Source: a virus (Duplodnaviria; Heunggongvirae; Uroviricota; Caudoviricetes). Taken from it: DNA of 64,000 nucleotides. The position numbers and the translations under genes were made by a program. The stretch is taken from IMG/VR virus record IMGVR_UViG_3300027807_000001, positions 83,285 through 147,284 of that record; one strand, 5' to 3'. The notes under the pieces are model-generated. The model did no database searches. It saw only the letters and a program-made list of their open reading frames with translations, and was not told where the DNA came from. This document shows positions 10,520 through 20,173 of the stretch, piece by piece; the stretch's first letter is position 1; each line of letters begins with the position of its first letter.

Positions 10520-11059
10520 ATGACTATCGTAGAGGCCTTAAAAACCAAGAAGCGCTTAAATAAGAAGTTAGAGGATCTTCGCCGGAAGATTTCGGACTAC
10601 AGCGCCCATCTCGACTCTGAGAAGCCGGTGTATGGAGCAGACCAGAAGGCTCGTGTCGAAGGGTGGGTACAAGCCCACCGGGACTTAGTGTCCAAGATCG
10701 AGGAGCTTTCGATTGCCATCCAGAAGACTAATCTCGCGACTCAAGTAGAGATTACACTGGGCGGTAAGCCTGTAAAGAAGTCGATTTCTCAGTGGATCCT
10801 TCGCCGCACGTCGCTGGCTGCTCATGAGCAGGCTTGCTTTGCTGCTTTGCATGACCGCAATCTCAGAGATCAGACGGTCGTAGCCTCTGATGGTAAGACG
10901 AAGCAGACGATCTCAGTCGTTCGCTATTTCGATCCTGTCGAGCGTGATAGAATGGTAGATGTGTACCGCCACGAGCCGTCGATGATTGATCAGAAGCTTG
11001 AGGTCGTAAACGCAACTACTCAGTTGGTTGATGACGTGCAAGTTACGGAAGAAGCTTAA
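10520..11059 (+). CDS. coiled-coil protein, DIP1984-like
   Basis: MTIVEALKTKKRL..LEDLRRKI, LSIAIQKTNLAT, LEVVNATT resemble the MKLAEAL..-type DIP1984 pattern; SD AAAGGGG. Confidence 0.55.
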   Translation: MTIVEALKTKKRLNKKLEDLRRKISDYSAHLDSEKPVYGADQKARVEGWVQAHRDLVSKIEELSIAIQKTNLATQVEITLGGKPVKKSISQWILRRTSLAAHEQACFAALHDRNLRDQTVVASDGKTKQTISVVRYFDPVERDRMVDVYRHEPSMIDQKLEVVNATTQLVDDVQVTEEA

Positions 11060-11460
11060 GATCTAGACTGACCGACTACCTAAAGCTTCGGCGATGGGTG
11101 TGCTCAAATGGATATTCGGCAGTAAGAGCTAAGGTACTGAAAGCTCTTAATTGTACAACCGCTACGCAAAGAGAATAAAACCAGCAAAAAGGAACGCTAA
11201 TTAACGCGACAGTTAATTATTTCCAATTACATGGGAACATCGATCGGGCTCAATTGCCCAATGGTTAATTAGGGAGCAATCCCCAATAACTTCAAGGCTA
11301 AAGGCTTAAGGATCAAGTGATCAAGTTCACAAGGTATAAGGGGTAAGGGGTAAGGATCATCTGAATGGTATTACATTCAGAAACCCAAGAACAAGTTACC
11401 GTTTTTCCTTTTCTTCATCTGGAACTTCCTTGGCTTCCTTTTCGGGAGCGGGTCGTACAC
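11060..11460 (+). ncRNA. candidate ~400-nt structured RNA with AAG heptad repeats
   Basis: no credible ORF; several hairpins (UUCG and GCAA loops); nine AAG triplets at 7-8 nt spacing (11294-11354); downstream pyrimidine tract. Confidence 0.55.
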
Positions 11461-11493
11461 ATTTTGAAATGAAACGGGTGGGGAGGCCTGCAC

Positions 11494-11679
11494 ATGGTGA
11501 GTAAATTAACTCCTCCACTCTGTTGCTTAGTTAATCCTGTCTTTATCTGTAGCACTTGTGACCAGGACTTGTGCGCGGAATGTATGAGCAAATTCCATAC
11601 AGAAAAGGAAGGGTGGCATCAAAACTGCATACCCCCGCGCACCTCACTATGCCCCTGCGCGTTAACAGGCCCAATATGA
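11494..11679 (+). CDS. LCC/B-box-like zinc-finger micro-protein
   Basis: LCCLVNPVFICSTCDQDLCAECMSKFH. Confidence 0.7.
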   Translation: MVSKLTPPLCCLVNPVFICSTCDQDLCAECMSKFHTEKEGWHQNCIPPRTSLCPCALTGPI

Positions 11680-11860
11680 AACACCGACTAATATTTGAAG
11701 ATGTGATGAGAGCAAAGTGTTCTTGTGGAGAATGGGCTTATATAGGCCTTACCGCAGAAGCAAACGCTTCAATCAAAAAGGTATATAGGTACCATACTGA
11801 GCTTCAGACCTTACCGAGAAAGGTAGCACGAAAGGTAAAATCTAAGAAGAAGGGTTAGAT

Positions 11861-12091
11861 ATGATGTGTATTAATTGTGGAGTAGAGATTCCGTCAGCTC
11901 GGCTGGAAGTGATCCCCGAGACAAAGACTTGTGTAAATTGTAGCGAGGTCCAGCCGTATAAGGCCATTGTCAACGGTTCTGCAAAAAATAAGAACTTTGA
12001 AGTTCAAATTATCCCAGGGGATAGCCCTATAGTAGATTATCTCGAAGAGCAGGGGCAAAGAGGATTCTCTTCATTGTCTGACGACGAGTAA
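11861..12091 (+). CDS. TraR/DksA C4-type zinc-finger protein
   Basis: CINCGVEIPSARLEVIPETKTCVNC. Confidence 0.75.
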   Translation: MMCINCGVEIPSARLEVIPETKTCVNCSEVQPYKAIVNGSAKNKNFEVQIIPGDSPIVDYLEEQGQRGFSSLSDDE

Positions 12092-12108
12092 CAACACTTT
12101 TACAATAA

Positions 12109-12354
12109 ATGGCCGAAAAAGATTACATTTCCGTTAGAAAGGAGCAGCCTCTCTGCTGCATAATTAATCCTCGCTATATCTGCGATAAGTGCAGCTCACG
12201 CATCTGCGCAGATTGCTGCTACGTAAGTGATCAAGAAGTGATGAACAGTAATGTTAGTAACAAGCAGGTAACAATGCGACGAAAGGATCACATAGATACA
12301 TCGTGCATCGATTTAAATGACGAGATCCATTCAACATGGCGAAAAATAATCTAG
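12109..12354 (+). CDS. LCC/B-box-like zinc-finger micro-protein
   Basis: LCCIINPRYICDKCSSRICADCC. Confidence 0.7.
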   Translation: MAEKDYISVRKEQPLCCIINPRYICDKCSSRICADCCYVSDQEVMNSNVSNKQVTMRRKDHIDTSCIDLNDEIHSTWRKII

Positions 12355-12632
12355 ACAAAAGAAAATCAGAGCGTGCCCACGCAAAACGGAGAGCTAAGAG
12401 TCGGTACGCTCTCGACTTTACAAAAGAGATTCGTAATCTATTCATTAGAAAAATTCAGAGCAATGAGGCGAAGTTCCTTTCTAAGCAGTCAAGAAGAGTA
12501 TCTCTCTTTTCGCTTGACCACGAAGAGCAAAAGTATGTCGTTGTATACGACAGGCAAAGAGGAGAAATTGTAACTTTTCTTCCGGCAGATGCAAACAATA
12601 ATATAGACGGGAGTGCGCCATGGTTGAAATGA
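12336..12632 (+). CDS. hypothetical protein
   Basis: 98-aa basic ORF ending VVYDRQRGEIVTFLP. Confidence 0.55.
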   Translation: MAKNNLDKRKSERAHAKRRAKSRYALDFTKEIRNLFIRKIQSNEAKFLSKQSRRVSLFSLDHEEQKYVVVYDRQRGEIVTFLPADANNNIDGSAPWLK

Positions 12633-13396
12633 AAAGTACCCAATGGTGGAAAGAATTTAACGAAAAGTCTATTCTAATTGGGTATCGGGGTAGTAAAACG
12701 TTCGGCACCTTCCGTCCTAGCACCGACCCCAAATCTATAGATGACGTTGACGTTATGAGCGTTATAATACAGTCCCCAGAAGCTTACTACGGCTTCGGTA
12801 GGCAAGAGACATTCGAAAGAATGGAACTTCCTTGGGACGTTGTTGTATATGACGCACGCAAGTTCGTCAGTCTCTTGACCAAGATGAACCCTAACGTCCT
12901 ATCTCTTCTTTGGCTACCGAAGAATCTTTACATAAAGGTAACACCGCTCGGCCAACGTCTTATAGATAATAAGCATCTCTTTGTGAGTAAAGAAGCATAC
13001 AAGAGTTTTACTGGCTACGCGTACAGTCAGCTCCATAAGATGGAAAATGGCGCGTTTCAAGGTTACATGGGCGACAAGAGAAAACGACTTGTTGAAGCGC
13101 ATGGCTACGACACAAAGAATGCGAGTCACTTAATACGTCTCCTTAAGACCGGCATGGAGTTTCTTTCTACTGGTGAACTTAATGTCATGAGAGAAGATAA
13201 CACTTATCTCGTGGATATAAAGAACGGAAAGTATCCTGTTGAGTATATAAAATCCGAAGCAGATAGACTCTTCAAGCTATCAGAAACTGCACTAGTTAAT
13301 AGTAAACTGCCTGACCGGGTTGATCGAGAGAAGGCGGAAACATTACTTGTTGGTATAATGAAAGATTATTTCGCGGAATCGGTATGCAGAAGTTAA
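12620..13396 (+). CDS. RNA-repair-type DNA polymerase beta superfamily nucleotidyltransferase (RlaP/YcgL-like)
   Basis: GYRGSKTFG..STD..DVDV, NPNVLSLLW, GYAYSQL, KNASHLIRLL. Confidence 0.8.
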   Translation: MVEMKSTQWWKEFNEKSILIGYRGSKTFGTFRPSTDPKSIDDVDVMSVIIQSPEAYYGFGRQETFERMELPWDVVVYDARKFVSLLTKMNPNVLSLLWLPKNLYIKVTPLGQRLIDNKHLFVSKEAYKSFTGYAYSQLHKMENGAFQGYMGDKRKRLVEAHGYDTKNASHLIRLLKTGMEFLSTGELNVMREDNTYLVDIKNGKYPVEYIKSEADRLFKLSETALVNSKLPDRVDREKAETLLVGIMKDYFAESVCRS

Positions 13397-13619
13397 AGAA
13401 GGTTGAAGTAAAGAAGCTCACATCACTGCTTGTCGCTAGCTTCCAGGCAAAGTTAGAGCTTGAAAGATTAGACCGAAGTCTAGACAAGATGGCAGATTGG
13501 GCCCAATCTTCATCTCCGAAACATAAAATCTTTCTCACCTGCAAAAAGAAAATTCAGCGCCTAGAAGCGGAGAGGCGCTCTATCAATTATATGCTTTCTC
13601 CATTTGGAATTAAAATAGC

Positions 13620-13988
13620 ATGAATATGTTTAAAGATGCTTACGAGGAGCTTGAACGCATCCGTCATCTGGAAAAAGGATGGGATGGGTATCGCGGAGCA
13701 CCATTTTCTCCAGAATTAATCAACCATTGCAAAGCAGTAATAAACCAATTAGAACAGTACTGCGCGGACCACTGTGTGATGGTAAAAGAAATTTGTACGG
13801 GCCTAGCAAGCGACGGATCTATCGACATAGAAGTTCATTACAAGAATAAATCTATGTTCTTGATATTTTATCCAGATTCTTATAAAGATACATTTCAAGT
13901 GTATAAGAAAGAGGCGGCTGAGCAGAAGGAAACAGTATCTTTTCCTTTCCCGGATATCTCCGTACAATTTACGTGGCTTTTCAGTTAA
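13620..13988 (+). CDS. hypothetical protein
   Basis: LEKGWDGYRGAP motif typical of a widespread uncharacterised family. Confidence 0.55.
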   Translation: MNMFKDAYEELERIRHLEKGWDGYRGAPFSPELINHCKAVINQLEQYCADHCVMVKEICTGLASDGSIDIEVHYKNKSMFLIFYPDSYKDTFQVYKKEAAEQKETVSFPFPDISVQFTWLFS

Positions 13989-14589
13989 AAAAGTGGAAAA
14001 TAACAAAGATTTGTCGAGACGACAAGAAAGTGGACCAGTTGCTAAGATTCCGGACCGCGCCAATTTTGTTTGCAACATTAAGGGCCACTCATGGATCAGC
14101 GCTCCTAATACTACACATAAGTGTGTTGAATGTGGGCTGATTTATGATTGTAAGCCGAAGGAATCTAAATGTCCTATTGCCATTCAGATTCCCAAATGAC
14201 TTTGGTGCGCTACTTCTAAAGTAGAGATTTCAGCGTGGCTGAACATCTGAGCTAATTGCCCGCGCCAACCCACTTTCTTGGAGATTTTATGCCCTGGCAC
14301 CATGAACCTGAACTTACTAAAATTTTACCACCAGAGGTCCTTCTGACGAAAGAAGTACTCTGGGTATCCTCTTATAACGAACCCGACAGGTGGGTTAAAG
14401 ATCTTAAAGAAGCGCATTATTCGCTGATTGGGGAATACGAAGTAGACTTAAACCACAAGCTTCTCCGGTTTGAATTTGATGAATCCCTCCGAAAGGAGAT
14501 TCCCAATGCTCCTCACTTCCAGAGTGTTCTCATCAATAACACTTTACCTCCCGTAAAGCTAGGAAACTTTTTCGAGGCGACTAAATAAT

Positions 14590-15114
14590 ATGGCTATTGT
14601 TTCAACAAACCCTGTAAAGCGGTACATGCCTGGGGATCGTAAAAGAAAATTTTTTGAAGAACAACGGAGGAGATATCTCGCCCCTGATAAGACAGTGGCT
14701 TCAAAAGAAGCTGCCGACTTAGTTTTCCTTTTCAAAAAGAAGGCAACGAGCCGTCTCAAGAGATTTTATGAAGAGTCACAGCGGATGGACATAAAGTTTG
14801 CGGCTCTTCTTCAGAAAGTTGAAGACCTTGGGTATCATATTACACAGCTTCGCGCCAACGCCGTGGATGTGGAGTATTATAATAATCCGAGGAAGAAAAA
14901 TAAATTTGTCAGATTTTCCGTCTCAGCTCAACGCGGCAACCATACGTTCGAAGGTGAGCTCACCGTCACTCCTGCTTCTATGAACATCCAGTTGATGTGC
15001 CCTAATTTACGGGCAGTAAGATCCAAGGGAGGCTTTACTCTACATCACCTAAAAGTATCTTACTACCGATCAATAGTTGTCAATGATAACTATCTTGCGG
15101 CATTATTAAAATGA
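14590..15114 (+). CDS. hypothetical protein
   Basis: 174-aa ORF. Confidence 0.55.
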   Translation: MAIVSTNPVKRYMPGDRKRKFFEEQRRRYLAPDKTVASKEAADLVFLFKKKATSRLKRFYEESQRMDIKFAALLQKVEDLGYHITQLRANAVDVEYYNNPRKKNKFVRFSVSAQRGNHTFEGELTVTPASMNIQLMCPNLRAVRSKGGFTLHHLKVSYYRSIVVNDNYLAALLK

Positions 15115-15704
15115 ATAACCAAGACGACAAACAACTTATAGACTCCTCTTTTCTTTTTAAACGGAATTTTTATATAGATACGATAGTATGGCTTGAAGAC
15201 AATGTGCCAGGGTTTTACACCGCTGAGCGATTCTACCGCGACAATGACATATTTCATCCATCGCGCATCTTCAGAAAGATAACCAACGTTGCGCGGTGGC
15301 TTCCTCTTCTATGGAATGACTACGATTGGGACTACTATCCTTTGTACAAGATGCTCCACCAAAAGATTAAGTTCATGAAGGAGCATCACAGAGATCATCA
15401 CAACCACACCGATTGGGAAGAGGTGGTAGCGCAGCTACAGACAGTCGAAGATTGTTTGGATCGGTTATTAAGAGATAACTACCTTGAAAAGGAATGGGAT
15501 GCCCATCGCGCCCGGTTTCCAAGGGATAAATGGTTCGACAGCTGGGTACAATTACCTGATGGGTCACGCCAGATGCCATCTATGTCCGACGATGAGCGAG
15601 ATGCTTTTAAAATTCTCCACGACGAGGAGGAGAGACTCCGTCAAGCAGATCTAGATACTCTAGGGCAGACAATATCTAGGCACGTGAGGGGCTGGTGGGA
15701 TTAA
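15111..15704 (+). CDS. conserved phage hypothetical protein
   Basis: WNDYDWDYYPLYKMLHQKI..RGWWD C-terminus. Confidence 0.6.
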   Translation: MNNQDDKQLIDSSFLFKRNFYIDTIVWLEDNVPGFYTAERFYRDNDIFHPSRIFRKITNVARWLPLLWNDYDWDYYPLYKMLHQKIKFMKEHHRDHHNHTDWEEVVAQLQTVEDCLDRLLRDNYLEKEWDAHRARFPRDKWFDSWVQLPDGSRQMPSMSDDERDAFKILHDEEERLRQADLDTLGQTISRHVRGWWD

Positions 15705-15749
15705 GTTTTGTCGCTCTTGTGGATTAACTAATTAATTAAAGGAAATGGT

Positions 15750-16043
15750 ATGAATGAACAGACGCCTGCAGATTCGACGAACAAAGATAGTGATCTTGCA
15801 TTAGCAGAGCTCGGGCAAGCGGTGCATGCTCTAATACAGAACAATCTTCGGTATGAAGTGCTCATTCGCGCAGTAGTAGAATTACTAGAAGCTAAGAAGC
15901 TACCAGACGGCTCGTCTGTACTGACAACTGACGAACTGAATAATCGCGCAGGGGTCATTCGAAAAACGTTAATCGAGCAAGCTCAGAAGGCGCAGAAGGA
16001 TGCTCTACAGCCTTCTGCGGGAACTTCTCCGAAGAGTGCTTAA
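15750..16043 (+). CDS. hypothetical protein
   Basis: SD AAAGGA, 97-aa helical ORF. Confidence 0.55.
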   Translation: MNEQTPADSTNKDSDLALAELGQAVHALIQNNLRYEVLIRAVVELLEAKKLPDGSSVLTTDELNNRAGVIRKTLIEQAQKAQKDALQPSAGTSPKSA

Positions 16044-16233
16044 CCTTTGCTGCATAGTTAATACCACAGCGCGCTGCAACGGCTGTCACAAAAAATTGTG
16101 TATACGCCATGTAGAGCGTCAAACTCTTCTAGACCCTTCAGCAGAGGAGGGCCTATCACCTGAAGAATTGGAGAATGCCTTACTCTCCTGGTGCAGAGAG
16201 TGTTATCCTCCCAGAGTCGCAACGGACTACTAA
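16036..16233 (+). CDS. LCC/B-box-like zinc-finger micro-protein
   Basis: LCCIVNTTARCNGCHKKLCIRH; GTG start assumed. Confidence 0.65.
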   Translation: MLNLCCIVNTTARCNGCHKKLCIRHVERQTLLDPSAEEGLSPEELENALLSWCRECYPPRVATDY

Positions 16234-16726
16234 TGAAAAATCTCCCGGAGAAGCATGGCTGGGGCTTTTGCGGTAGTGAAATTCAGCTGCCAGCCGACCT
16301 ATTTAAACGTATCGTGGATTGCTACATAAATGTAGTTTATTATGCAGGCGTTGCAATGGTCGGTAAAAAGTTCCAAAATGATATGGAAGTCATCAGCGTC
16401 GATGCATGGAAATTTGCTTTCGACAAAGAGGATCTAGCAGCAGCATTAATTCACTTCTATTGCGATGCTCTGCCAACCTCATATCAAAAGATTATCCAGG
16501 AAACTATAGCTGCTCATCCTTTGAAGGGGAAAGCCCCTGCTACTATCCCGCTGAGTAGCAAAGCTGCTAAAGTTCGTTGGGAAGAATACGTAGATAAATT
16601 CGAGGCCCTCGAAGGGGAGGTCATGGCGTGGGCTCTTACTAATTTGGAAAAGATTCCTAATGCCCTTCCTAATTTCGACGGAGAATGGGAAGACGACGAA
16701 GATCAAGAGGACGAATAAGTTACCAC

Positions 16727-16755
16727 TTGCTTTTCTTGGCAAGTTATACTATAAT
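16727..16755 (+). promoter_or_regulatory. sigma70-type promoter
   Basis: TTGCTT (16727-32), 17-nt spacer, TATAAT (16750-55) in an intergenic gap. Confidence 0.65.
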
Positions 16756-17046
16756 ATAAGTGAGATACCCCTGCTAGGTAGGCTGATGCTTCCAAGGCGC
16801 CAGCGTCTTTAATATGAGTAAGAAAAAGAAAGAGACTGATACTGACGTTCCCATAGAACATCTGATAGATGAAATCTTAGGGAATATAGGCGTTGAAACA
16901 AATCCCCGTTATGACGATGATTGCAGCGGATGTAGTGGCACACCCTATGTTGTGGGCCGAGATGAGGCGTCAACTGAGCTGGCAACATTGTTTAAACGAT
17001 ATGTTCAGGCAGAATTACAGCGGCGAGGAATTACTGAGGTTATCTA

Positions 17047-17361
17047 ATGAGTAAAATTACTATCGAAGTAACTAAAGAGGATATTAAGAAGGGGGTGAAA
17101 GGGGAGGCAACTTCGTGCGCAATAGCTAGAGCGGCTAAACGCCAAGGTCTCCGCTTTGTCTGTGTAGCGGCTGATACAAAAGGTAAGGATGCTGTGTTCG
17201 CGTTTAAAGCAAAAGAAAAGCACTACGCCGGTATCTTACCGAAGTCAATAGCTAAATGGATTGATAGGTTCGATGCTGGCGATCCTGTCGAGCCCATTAC
17301 CGTTAATGTTGCGGTAAAAGAAATGTCTACAGAGGAATTTAACCACTGGCGCACAATATAA
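17047..17361 (+). CDS. conserved phage hypothetical protein
   Basis: ITIEVTKEDIKKG...SCAIARA motif. Confidence 0.55.
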   Translation: MSKITIEVTKEDIKKGVKGEATSCAIARAAKRQGLRFVCVAADTKGKDAVFAFKAKEKHYAGILPKSIAKWIDRFDAGDPVEPITVNVAVKEMSTEEFNHWRTI

Positions 17362-17646
17362 ATATGACTCCAATGTATTTGAGAGTACTGCTTGATGCAA
17401 AGCCAAGAGACTTTGGCTATACTGTAGTGGAGTACAATTTAACAAATGGTACCTTCAAAAAGATGGAAATCAAAGCGGAAGATACCAAAATGAGAGTGGA
17501 AGCTGCGGGACAACAATACGAAGCATATGTTCGGGGGTGGCAGTTAGTTCCAAAGAATCTTTGGATGAAAGACTTTGAAACGTACTTGTCACTCCGACAG
17601 ATGAGAGGGTATACGGGCGAAGTTCCGACGGCACTGGAAAAACAAA

Positions 17647-17835
17647 ATGGATGAAACAGTAACAGATTGGTTAGGCAGACCCCTTGGTATTATTAAGAAG
17701 GAGGGGGATAAATCGGTTGTCACCGATTGGCAAGGTAAGCCTCTAGGATCTGCAGATAGCAATGGAACGAAAGACTTCCTCGGACGTCCTTTAAGTCCAA
17801 AGAATGTACCAGGGATTTTAATCAAGAAGCAATAG
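17647..17835 (+). CDS. small beta-repeat protein
   Basis: three D[WF]xG[RK]PL repeats. Confidence 0.6.
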   Translation: MDETVTDWLGRPLGIIKKEGDKSVVTDWQGKPLGSADSNGTKDFLGRPLSPKNVPGILIKKQ

Positions 17836-17843
17836 GAGCGCTG

Positions 17844-18746
17844 ATGGCAAAGCTCAGCCCTTCGGGGTTGGATGAATATATTGGCCAAGAGCGTGTCAAA
17901 CGTAACCTACAAACGATAATATCGTCGGCAGATAGTCGACATTTATTCGATGATCCGATCGATCACATGTTGTTATGTGGACCGCCAGGCCTTGGAAAAA
18001 CGTCGTTAGCAGAGATCGTTGCAGCAGAATTACGCAGGCCTCTCGTAAAGTTTATGGGGCCGCAGTTGAAAGATGTAGAAGATCTTAACGTTATAACAAG
18101 CACCCTTCCATGGACATTCTTGTTCATTGATGAGATCCACGCACTCCCAACAAAAGTTGAAGAAGCGCTATACGAAGCAATGGATGACTTCAAATGGAAA
18201 GGTGAGCCTATCAATTCGTTTACCCTTATCGGAGCAACCACCAAAGAAGGCTTATTGAGTAAGCCCCTCAGAAGTCGGTTCACGATCGCGGAAACATTGA
18301 CCCTTTACTCCGTAGAAGACTTAAATAAAATCGTAAGTAGATCAGCGACAATTCTTAATTTGTCTATAGACGACAAGGCAGTGGAATTGGTGTCGCGCCG
18401 AGCTCGAGGTACCCCTAGAATAGCTAATCAGCTTCTGAAGCGTATAAGTTACTACAGCCGCGTTATAACGCCTGAAATCGCACAAAACGCTTTGGACAAC
18501 ATAGGAGTTGATTCTTTTGGCCTTGAGATGCGAGATCGCAGTATTCTAACAACGATCTCGAAAGACTTCAGCGGGGGCCCTGTTGGTATAGATTCATTAG
18601 CTTCAATTCTTGGTGAAGACGTGGCGACAATTGAAGCAAGAGAACCATACTTGGTATCCGCTGGGTTGATTCAGCGGACCGGGAAGGGAAGAATTCTAAC
18701 GTCATCGGGGCAAGAGTACGTCAAGTCTCTTGGAGATAAGAAATGA
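17844..18746 (+). CDS. ruvB: Holliday junction branch migration helicase RuvB
   Basis: YIGQE, GPPGLGKT, FIDEIH, IGATT, RSRF, RGTPRIANQLLKR, GGPVGIDSLA, EPYLV..GLIQRTGKGR. Confidence 0.92.
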   Translation: MAKLSPSGLDEYIGQERVKRNLQTIISSADSRHLFDDPIDHMLLCGPPGLGKTSLAEIVAAELRRPLVKFMGPQLKDVEDLNVITSTLPWTFLFIDEIHALPTKVEEALYEAMDDFKWKGEPINSFTLIGATTKEGLLSKPLRSRFTIAETLTLYSVEDLNKIVSRSATILNLSIDDKAVELVSRRARGTPRIANQLLKRISYYSRVITPEIAQNALDNIGVDSFGLEMRDRSILTTISKDFSGGPVGIDSLASILGEDVATIEAREPYLVSAGLIQRTGKGRILTSSGQEYVKSLGDKK

Positions 18747-19344
18747 AGAATCAGCCTGTGATTTTAACTAAAATTGTCAACCAGCTAGTCGAGGTCCGAT
18801 CAAAAAATCTTCTTCCGGCGAAGATAAAGATATCTCTCAAGGATCTAAAGAAACTGCTAAAACATTCTTCTAAGAATGGACTAAAGAAGCACATTAAAGA
18901 AACTGGCAGATTATGGGGTCTAGAAATTTCTTTGCTTGGTAAAGGATCTGCGATCCAGATCGTATCTAGGGATGAGGAAGAGCTGCCAGGTAGCCCGGAT
19001 AGCAGGCGCCAGAAGAGGAAATGACATGTGTAGTAATCATCTTAGCAAAGAGCAGGCAGAAGAGCAAATAGAGAAGATCCTAAACTACATAGAGGATCTA
19101 GACTCCTTTGTGCATGGTACAAAGCAAGAAGCTCTACTGCGTTCAATGTTTGTTGAACTTATCAAGTTAAGAGATGGCTACATTAATGTTCACTAAATAG
19201 CTGCGGATAGAGAATGGGCAAGTGTGATTCATGTAGCACCACTATTACAGGCGGTGTAAAAGTAACGTACCAGTATACGAGCGGGGATGTAATAGAGCAG
19301 GTGCTCATCTGTTTTAGTTGCTATTATCAATTGCGAATCAAGCC

Positions 19345-19464
19345 ATGATTAACCTCTGTTGTATAGTAAACCCATATTTATCATGCGACTCGTGCAATCA
19401 GAGGCTCTGCGAAGACTGCGTCAGTCCTCTCTGGAAATCTCATGGCCTAGAGGATCGAGGCTGA
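19345..19464 (+). CDS. LCC/B-box-like micro-protein; in-frame TGA followed by 32 more open codons to 19563
   Basis: MINLCCIVNPYLSCDSCNQRLCEDC. Confidence 0.6.
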   Translation: MINLCCIVNPYLSCDSCNQRLCEDCVSPLWKSHGLEDRG

Positions 19465-19596
19465 AAATTGTGGAAATGTCCTTCTACGCTTGAATACGTT
19501 ATCCTAGATGATAGGCTGGGCCCTGGTGCTCATTTTCGCAAATTCTATGGATTAATAATTTAAAATTGGTTTCGCCCCTTAGAAATAATATCTACA

Positions 19597-19761
19597 AACT
19601 TGACGCGGGCCAAGCAGCAATATTTGATATTACGGGGTCTGCGTTAGTGCCCGACATGGCTAGAGGCTCTGCGATGGAGATGGTTTCGCTTCCACAACGG
19701 CAGATGAGGTGCACCGTGTGGGAAGAGATTGGGTTTATTCTTCACGGCCCGTTACCAAGTT
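19597..19761 (+). ncRNA. candidate ~165-nt structured RNA
   Basis: ends pair (AACTTG/CAAGTT and CGGGCC/GGCCCG) enclosing internal stems. Confidence 0.35.
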
Positions 19762-20003
19762 AACTTCTCCACCTAACAAATTGTTAATTGGTATTTTTGT
19801 AAAATATAGTGTAAGATATATGAGTCACATATAAGGGAAACATTTAAAAGGTAATAGTATAACGTTTTTATAAAGGTATGCACGCGCTAGGCGACTTTTT
19901 GTCGAAGTCAAACAACCCCTCCTGCTTTATTGGTGAAACTTTACCTAAAACAGAATGGCCGACCCTACATAATAGCCGTAATTACCAGCAAGATAAAGCG
20001 GCC

Positions 20004-20087
20004 GGATCTCAGGTGAGTATGTAAACTTAGACGACGTTGTAAAGATTACATACCTCTGAATCCGACAAATGGGTCAGAGGTTTTTTT
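20004..20087 (+). terminator. intrinsic terminator with overlapping alternative (antiterminator) hairpin
   Basis: ACCTCTGA/TCAGAGGT stem plus T7 at 20052-20087; 20004-20024 can alternatively pair with 20046-20063. Confidence 0.6.
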
Positions 20088-20098
20088 ATTGATTTAAT

Positions 20099-20173
20099 GC
20101 CCTTATGGTGTAACAGATAGCATACGACGCTTCGAACGTCGCGGTGAGAGTGCAATTCTTTCTAAGGGCACCA
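20099..20173 (+). tRNA. tRNA-Arg(UCG)
   Basis: cloverleaf, CGACG-CTTCGAA-CGTCG, CCA; T-loop TGCAATT. Confidence 0.88.

Noticed and set aside
17844-18746. RuvB without RuvA/RuvC as a novelty
   Set aside because: Partner genes may lie outside this window; absence cannot be judged from 64 kb.
19886-19990. c-di-GMP-I (GEMM) riboswitch in the array leader
   Set aside because: A GAAA hairpin and a 3' AGCCGTAATTACC are vaguely similar, but the conserved GACGCAAAGC junction is absent.
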